Assembly: GCA_963774265.1 (NCBI GenBank)
Contig: CAVZDU010000007.1
Coordinates: forward strand, 288,001-352,000
Source: an uncultured Chloroflexia bacterium
GTDB taxonomy: Bacteria > Chloroflexota > Anaerolineae > CG2-30-64-16
Direction: 5' to 3'
Length of the DNA: 64,000 nucleotides
This document shows positions 57,765 through 64,000 of this stretch, piece by piece (the stretch's first letter is position 1; each line of letters opens with the position of its first letter). The position numbers were made by a program, and so were the translations under genes. Under the pieces are notes generated by a model. It worked only from the letters and a program-made list of their open reading frames with translations, was not told the DNA's origin and searched no databases.

Positions 57765-59035
57765 TTCTTGACCTCCTCACTTTGTACAGCATCTCGCCGG
57801 CCCTGGGCACGTAGAGGATGCCTTCATCCTCGCGATTCTGCCAGTCCGCCGGGTTGATCGTGGCCGGATCCAGGTAGCCCAGGTTCAGCCTGGCGCAGTC
57901 CTCGGGTGAGATCTTGCTCGCCAGCGTCACCCTGACGTTGGGCTTTCTCGATCCCCGTTCTCCATCACGCCCGAGCCGCGCACGTGCGTGCTGTGCGCCA
58001 GCACGCCCAGCGGCAGGTGCTTGTAACTGATCCCAGTCCGCCAGGAAGTAGGGCAGGATGTGGTAGCCCACCTCGTAGATGTACTTGCCGTGAACGTGGC
58101 TGACCACATCCAGGTGCGGGGCGTAGATGATGAGCTCGCCGCCCACTTCCACCGCGGACTCCATCTTGTACATGCATTTGCCCGCGGTCCAGAGCTCGTC
58201 GTACATGGGCGGGCAGCAGGACAGCACGCGCTTGTACGGGTGATCGCACCACTGGATGTGCCGCTGCGACGATACGTCCGCCGCCGCGCTCCAGGTCTCG
58301 TACACGTCGCCGATCAGCACGCCCGCCAGGTCGTGCCCTTCGACGATCAGGGCCGCCAGCGTGGCCGGCGTCTTCAGGCGGCGCGTTGCGGCGTGGATCA
58401 TGGCCCGCACCGGCGTATCCTTGATGCCGATCGTGCCGACGCACCGTCGCGAGCGCGCCCAGCCAGTGGGTGGCGTTGATCACGTCCGGCCCGGAGATGC
58501 CGGGGAAGAAGTACTTCGCGCCGCCGGAGAAGCCGACCACTTCATGCGGGAAGGTCGGGCCGAGGATGACGATGTGATCGTGCTCCAGCACGGCCTTGTT
58601 GATGCGGATGTTGATCTCGGTCGGCAGCGATGGGTGCTAGCTTGCGCCCGGCGAGCTGCTTGATCTCGTCCTGGTCCGATCACGCCGAGCGAGGCCAGCG
58701 CCGCCGGATCGTCCCAGGCATGGTTGAGCAGGCCGACGTGCTGGAAGGTCGTCGCACGTTCCTCGGCGGTGATGCCCACCAGGTGGTTCAGGCCCTCTTC
58801 GGAGTACCCCGGATGCGTTCCCAGCGCGACCATGAAGTTGAGCTCGCGCACATCGTGCAGCACCTCAACGATCATGCGGAACAGCTCGGGCAGCGGCAGC
58901 GAGCGGGTATGGTCGGGGATGAGCACCAGCACCTTCTGCCCGGTGAGCCTGCCGCCCAGCCCCTTGGTCAGGGTCTCCTTGACGCATCGTGCGTCAGGAT
59001 GGCCGGTTTCGGAGATTGTCTTGAGCGATAATCAT
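57761..59035 (-). CDS. LarA (lactate racemase)-superfamily protein, probable gluconate/mannonate 2-epimerase (multiple indels)
   Basis: VLVLIPDHTR, ALGTH, NHAW, GPTFPHEVVGFSGGAKY.FPG, YDELWTAGK and LAHSTH across shifted frames. Confidence 0.8.
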
Positions 59036-59080
59036 GTGTTCGATCCGTCAATCTGTCAGGAGTGCCCCTTGCAATCGCCG

Positions 59081-59919
59081 TTACACGCCAGCGTACGCCG
59101 AGAACCCGCCATCCACCGGCACCGTGATGCCCGTGACGAACGAGGAGGCCGGCGAAAGCAGCCAGAGCACGCAGCCCAGCAGGTCTTCGGGCACGCCGAA
59201 GCGGCCCATGGGGGTGTGGTCGAGGATCTTCTGGCCGCGCGCGGTCAGCGCGCCGGTTTCCTTGTCGGTCAACAGGAAGCGGTTCTGCTCGCCCAGGAAG
59301 AAGCCGGGTGCGATCGCGTTGACGCGGATCTTGCCGGAGTAGTTCTGCGCCAGGTGCACGGCCAGCCAGGCGGTGAAGTTGGTGATGCGCGGCCTTGGAC
59401 GCCGAGTAGGCCGCGATATTGGTCAGCGGGCGATAGGCGTTCATGGATGAGTAGTTCAGGATCGACCCCTTCGCCGGCCTCGACCATCTGCTTGCCGAGG
59501 ATCTGGCAGGGCATGATGGTGCCGAGGAGGTTCAGGTCGAGCACGAACCGCAGTCGCCTCCTCCGGGATGTCGAAGAAGCTCATGGTCGGGGAGACCGGT
59601 GGCCTTCGGGCTGTTGCCGCCCGCGGCGTTGACCAGGCCGTAGAGGGTGCCGAAGCGCTTGTTGATCGCCTCGCCGGCCGCCTCCAGGCTGTCGCGGTTC
59701 ATCACGTCAACCTGGAACCCATCGACCTGGGCTCCAAGCGGGCCGAGGCTATCCTTAATGGCCGGGACGCCGGTCCAGGTTGCGGTCGAGGATCATGACG
59801 TTCGCGCCGCAGCCTGCCAGGGCGGTTACGACGTCGCCGCCCAGCGCGCCGGCGCCGCCGGTGACAGCGAAAGTCTTGCCGGTGAAGTCGTACATCTTCG
59901 TGAGGTCTGCAAGGTTCAT
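59081..59919 (-). CDS. SDR oxidoreductase, D-mannonate oxidoreductase (UxuB-like; indels)
   Basis: VTGGAGALGG, NAAGGN, DLNLLGT, AYSASKA, RVNAIAPGFF.GEQN and VDGGFSAY. Confidence 0.8.
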
Positions 59920-61481
59920 AAGAAGCTCTCCTTTAGATTATTCAGTGTTTCGCCCATGGCAGCCATCCCTCGGCGCAGGGCTCGATACTCCCGGTGGTGT
60001 TGTTTGTAGAACTCGTGGCGTTTCCGGTCAGGGGTGTAGATTGGGCCAGGACTCGCTTCGCTCGCCGTGCGCGCCATGCGCAGCGGGTCGGAGTCGACCA
60101 AGCCCAGCGCGTGCATGCCCAGGAGGCCCGCGCCCGTGGCCGAGGTGTCGGCGACTTCCAACGCCATCAGTTGGACCCCCAGCATGTCGGCCAGGATCTG
60201 GGACCACAGCGGTGTGCGGGTGATGCCGCCTGTTAGCCGCACCACCTCGCCGCCGGCCGTTTCTGAGCCATACAGCGCGTCCCATACGTCGGCCAGGCAG
60301 TTGGCCACCCCTTCCATCGCCGCCCGCGCGATGTGAACGCGGGTATGCTGCATCCCCAGGCCGTACAGCATCCCCTTGTCCTTGGGCGCCCAGTGCGGGC
60401 TGCGCTCGCCGGCAAAGTAGGGCAGCAGGAAGACGCCCTCCGCGCCGGGCGCCACGGATTCCGCGTCGGCCGCCAACTGGTCGAAGCCGGCGGCTCCGAC
60501 CAGCTCGGGGTAGAGTTTTTCCCGCACCCATTGCAGCGCCAGCCCGCCGTTGTTGATGGCCCCCCCGATGAACCAGAGCGGTTCTTCGGACTGGCCCTCA
60601 GGCCGTCCTGTGGATGACCCTGCAAGCCGGTCAGTAAGCAGGTAACAGAAAGTGCGCTCGCCCGGATCGAACCAGGGCTCGCCAACGACCTTGCGCACCG
60701 CGCCGCTGGTGCCCACCGTGATCACCGCCTGGCCGGGTCGGGCGATGCCGGTGCCGAAGCTGGCCATGGCGCCATCACTGCCACCCGCGATCACGGGCAG
60801 ACCCGCCGGCAACCCGGTCGCGGCCGCCGCAGCATCGGTCAACCCACCCACCACCGCCGACGGGGAAACCAGCCGCGGCAATTGATCGGGGAGCACCTCT
60901 GCCAACCGGAGGACGCCTGTGTCCCACGTCAAGGTCTTGAGATTGAGAAGTCCGGTGGTGGAAGCCAGGCTCAGATCGCTGGCCCAGACGCCGGTCAGCG
61001 CGTGCAGGATCCAGTCTTTGAGCCCCACCCACAGGTGCGCGCGCTGCGCCAGCTCAGGTTCGACCCTGTTCCACCAACGCAAGCGCTGGAGATGGTAGGT
61101 AGAATGCACCGGGCAGCCCGTGCGCCGGTAGAGCGCATGGGTGTCCGTGTCGGCGACCAGGCCTCGATACACGGCAGTCGCCCGGGCATCGGCCCAAGTC
61201 ATGGCATTTGACATGGGTGTGCCGGTATCATCCGCGATTGGGAACAGGCTGTGCATCGCGCCGCTGAAGCAGATGCCTTGCGGCGGCACGGGCGTTGTTT
61301 CTGCCACGGCGCGGAGCACCTTCTTCACGGCTTCCCAGACATCCCTGACGTCTTGCTCGGCCCAGCCTGGATGCGGGATCTGCAGCCTGTAGCCGTCAGA
61401 GGCCGCGGCCCGGACGCGGCCATCCGCATCCAGGACCACCGCTTTACAGTTCGTCGTGCCCAGATCCAGCCCGATCATCAA
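59916..61481 (-). CDS. gntK: FGGY-family gluconokinase
   Basis: IGLDLGTT, SGAMHS, TWADARA, RTGCP.H, SDGA, TVGTSGAVR, NNGG and GERSP match the Bacillus GntK type. Confidence 0.85.
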   Translation of the reverse strand: MMIGLDLGTTNCKAVVLDADGRVRAAASDGYRLQIPHPGWAEQDVRDVWEAVKKVLRAVAETTPVPPQGICFSGAMHSLFPIADDTGTPMSNAMTWADARATAVYRGLVADTDTHALYRRTGCPVHSTYHLQRLRWWNRVEPELAQRAHLWVGLKDWILHALTGVWASDLSLASTTGLLNLKTLTWDTGVLRLAEVLPDQLPRLVSPSAVVGGLTDAAAAATGLPAGLPVIAGGSDGAMASFGTGIARPGQAVITVGTSGAVRKVVGEPWFDPGERTFCYLLTDRLAGSSTGRPEGQSEEPLWFIGGAINNGGLALQWVREKLYPELVGAAGFDQLAADAESVAPGAEGVFLLPYFAGERSPHWAPKDKGMLYGLGMQHTRVHIARAAMEGVANCLADVWDALYGSETAGGEVVRLTGGITRTPLWSQILADMLGVQLMALEVADTSATGAGLLGMHALGLVDSDPLRMARTASEASPGPIYTPDRKRHEFYKQHHREYRALRRGMAAMGETLNNLKESFL

Positions 61482-61495
61482 ACCTCCTGAATAGC

Positions 61496-61568
61496 TACGG
61501 AGATCATAGAGATCACTGTGAATTTCATTTCCGAATGCTCTCTGCGTTCTCTGTGTCCTCTGTGGCAA
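61496..61568. repeat. Nonamer-repeat REP-like element
   Basis: Minus strand CCACAGAGGA CACAGAGAA CGCAGAG..GTGATCTCT ATGATCTCC GTAG. Confidence 0.65.
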
Positions 61569-61573
61569 AACCT

Positions 61574-63004
61574 TTACAGTTTGAACGTCCGCCGGCCCAG
61601 ACCGTTCGCCAGCTCGGGCGCCATTTCGGCGGCATCCCCCATGTCGATCAGCCCGCGCACGACTAGCCCCGCAAGCCAGTTTGCAGACGCTCGGCGCCAG
61701 ACATCGTGTCGCGCCGGGATCGAGACGAAGGCACGCGTGTCGTCGATGAACCCGATGGTATTATACAACCCGGCGGTCTCCATCACCTGGTCAAAATAGC
61801 GCGCCATGCCGTTCAGACTATCCTGGAACCACCACGGCGGCCCCAGTTTGAGAGCGGGATAGTGCCCGGCCAGGGGCGCCATCTCGCGCGAATAGCCGGT
61901 CTCATCCATGGTGAAGAGGAGCATCGTGAGCCGCGGGTCGTTGCCGAAGCGGTCGGTCACCGGTTTGAGGTTCTGCACCCATTCGGTCTCGATAGGGATG
62001 TCGTGGCCCTTGTCCGCTCCGAACTTCTCAAACACGAGCGGATTGTGGTTGCGGTAGCAGCCCGCGTGGAACTGCATAACCAGACCGTCCTCGACGCTCA
62101 TGCGCGCCATCTCGAACGCGATGTAGCCGGTGAAGCGCCGCGCGTCCTCGGCTGTCGCCTTGCCGGCCAGTGCGCGGGCGAAGATCGCCTCGGAATCCGC
62201 GGAGGACATCGCCTCAGTATACGGCGTCTCCACGCCGCTGTCGGTGGAGGTGCAGCCCACGGTCTTGAAGAAGGCCCGCCGCTCCTCGAGCGCGGTGATG
62301 AGCGCCCTGGCCGTGGTGATCTCCCGACCGACGACCGCACTGAGCGCATCGAGATTCGCGCGCCAGGCAGGCAGCGCGAGGTTCGTGACCGCATCGGGAC
62401 GGAAAGTTGGCCGGACGACCCCCTTCCACCCCGATTTCTTGATCGCCTTGTGGTGTTCGAGTGAATCGGCGGCCCCATCGGTGGTGCACATGACTTCGAT
62501 TTTGAACCGCTCGAACAGCGCGCGTGGGCGGTACTCGGGCCGGGCCAGCTTCTCGGCCAGCTCGTCGTAGGTCGCCTGCGCGGTGGCGCCCGTCAGCTTC
62601 TGCTTGATGCCGAAGATCTCGTACAACTCATGGGCCAGCCAGACGCCGCTGGGGCAGCCGCGGAAGAGGTAGAAGTGCTCGGCAAAGGTCTGCCAGATCT
62701 TGCGATGATCCGTCTCTACCGGACCCCCGTCACGGGCGGCCTCCGGCCGCTTAGGGATGCCCAACGACTCCAGGGGGACGCCCTGGGAGTAAAGCATGCG
62801 GAACACGTAATGGTCGGGGATGATGAACAGGTCGGCGGGCGTGCCGAAGGTCGCATTCTCGTCGGCCAGCAGTGTGGGATCGACGTGGCCGTGCGGACTG
62901 ACGATGGGCAGACCCGCGATGCTATCATAGAGCTCGCGTGCCACGCGGCGCTGTCCAGGGTCAGGTGCGAAGAAACGATCCGGTGACAAAAGCGGTTCTG
63001 GCAT
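61574..63004 (-). CDS. uxaC: Glucuronate isomerase
   Basis: LPIVSPHGH, PDHYVFRMLYSQG, PTFRPD, GPPWWF, GFIDDTR and ARHDVWRR. Confidence 0.95.
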   Translation of the reverse strand: MPEPLLSPDRFFAPDPGQRRVARELYDSIAGLPIVSPHGHVDPTLLADENATFGTPADLFIIPDHYVFRMLYSQGVPLESLGIPKRPEAARDGGPVETDHRKIWQTFAEHFYLFRGCPSGVWLAHELYEIFGIKQKLTGATAQATYDELAEKLARPEYRPRALFERFKIEVMCTTDGAADSLEHHKAIKKSGWKGVVRPTFRPDAVTNLALPAWRANLDALSAVVGREITTARALITALEERRAFFKTVGCTSTDSGVETPYTEAMSSADSEAIFARALAGKATAEDARRFTGYIAFEMARMSVEDGLVMQFHAGCYRNHNPLVFEKFGADKGHDIPIETEWVQNLKPVTDRFGNDPRLTMLLFTMDETGYSREMAPLAGHYPALKLGPPWWFQDSLNGMARYFDQVMETAGLYNTIGFIDDTRAFVSIPARHDVWRRASANWLAGLVVRGLIDMGDAAEMAPELANGLGRRTFKL

Positions 63005-63060
63005 GTGTCCTCCTATACGATAACCTGGCTTGACAGGTGCCGGGCATCTCACTCCACCAT

Positions 63061-64000
63061 CTACTTCGTCCAGAATTCACGCAGCACGTGCGCGGCCATC
63101 TTCGGCGTGCGGACGCGGGTGAAAATGCCCTTATGGTTCAAACCACCGACGCGCATGAGGCCCTGCACCGCCGCGAAGTCCGCGAAGTTCCACACCTGCA
63201 TGCCTGCGACAAAGTCGCGGGTCTCCGCTACTTCCATATGGAAGCGGATGTACTGGGCCTGGTACTCTTCGGTCCACATGACGTCGGGTAGACCGTGATA
63301 CCCGGGCACGGTGTCGGCGCCGAACTCGGTCATGATGATCGGCTTGTGGAATCGATCCCAGACCTGGTCGAGCTCCTCCTCGAGCCGCTGCCGCGCCTTG
63401 TCCAACTGGCCGCCGAGCGAGTACCAGCCGTGGTAGCGGTTCATGCAGATGACGTCGCACTGCTCCATCCAGTTCTGCGGCCCGCCCCCCACGGTCACGA
63501 TCGTCACCAGACGCGTCGGATCCAACTCCCGCGCACGGGCCAGCTCCGTGTCGAGGAACTGTTTGCCCGGCAGGTTTGCTTCTTCGTAGGCCGGGTCATA
63601 CCCGCCCCCGCCTGAGGCGCCAACGCTGATGCCGCCGGGCATCGGCTCGTTGGCCACGCACCACATCACCACGGCCGGATGGTTCTTGTCGCGGGCGATC
63701 ATCTCTTCGATCTGCTGCAGGCACATGCGCAGTCGTTCGGGAAATCTGACTGTATCGCTCATCTGCAGGCTGACGGCGGGGATCTCGTCGATGATCAGGA
63801 AGCCCTCGCGGTCTGCCATCTGCATCTCTTCCTCGCTGTACGGGTAGTGCGAGGTGCGATAGGCATTGGCTCCTATCCAGCTTCATGAGCTGGTAGTCTT
63901 TGACGATCAGGGGGATGTTCAGTCCCTTCCCGCTGGCGGGGAAATCCTCGTGGCGGCCGAAGCCGTTCAGCTTCACCGGCTGGCCGTTGAGCAGGATCTT
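63061..64000 (-). CDS. uidA: Beta-glucuronidase GH2 (5' part outside window; indel near 63875)
   Basis: GFGRHED, RTSHYPY, RDKNHPAV..ANEP, NRYHGWY, TEFGAD, WNFADF and NHKGIFTR. Confidence 0.92.

Noticed and set aside
55806-58410. Apparent LarA-KdgK and KdgK-Tkt fusion ORFs
   Set aside because: The linking segments are out-of-frame, Arg-rich translations caused by indels, and each gene has its own RBS and start.

Overview
High-GC bacterial chromosome segment, most likely Chloroflexota (Anaerolineae-like). That assignment is an inference from gene content, an LPLV-type motif in a secreted protein and the style of the intergenic repeats. The assembly carries many single-base indels, concentrated at about 20-25 kb and 55.9-60 kb, which look like long-read errors. 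Layout: (1) 1-5.7 kb accessory enzymes: PhnP-like MBL hydrolase, DUF6544-like protein, VOC protein, isochorismatase and a GH106-like hydrolase. (2) 5.8-9.9 kb, a tandem integration hotspot at tRNA-Asp(GTC). The tRNA 3' end plus its terminator occurs three times. The copies bracket a lower-GC membrane-protein cassette with a structured leader and a decayed island. That island holds an intact ATPase-wHTH-PD(D/E)xK nuclease gene behind a perfect 34-bp palindrome, plus NB-ARC and oxidoreductase remnants. No integrase is present. (3) 10-15 kb cofactor and housekeeping genes (lplA-like, coaBC, DmpA-family hydrolase). (4) 15-25 kb Pho locus (phoP/R-like pair, phoU, Pho boxes, pstSCABB). (5) 25-37.7 kb ABC exporters, a CPBP protease, thioredoxin-TPR, NagD, CAP, astacin-like and LCP proteins. 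(6) 37.8-64 kb, a co-directional carbon super-cluster: uidA-uxaC-gntK-uxuB-LarA-like epimerase-kdgK-tkt-tal-rpiA-gnd-Ca ATPase-glgM-glgE-pgi-glgC-gap-mgsA-ROK-gnd. It suggests a dehydratase-free route from glucuronate to gluconate and the pentose phosphate pathway, linked to GlgE-type alpha-glucan synthesis. It is punctuated by hairpins built from 7-9-mer tandem repeats.
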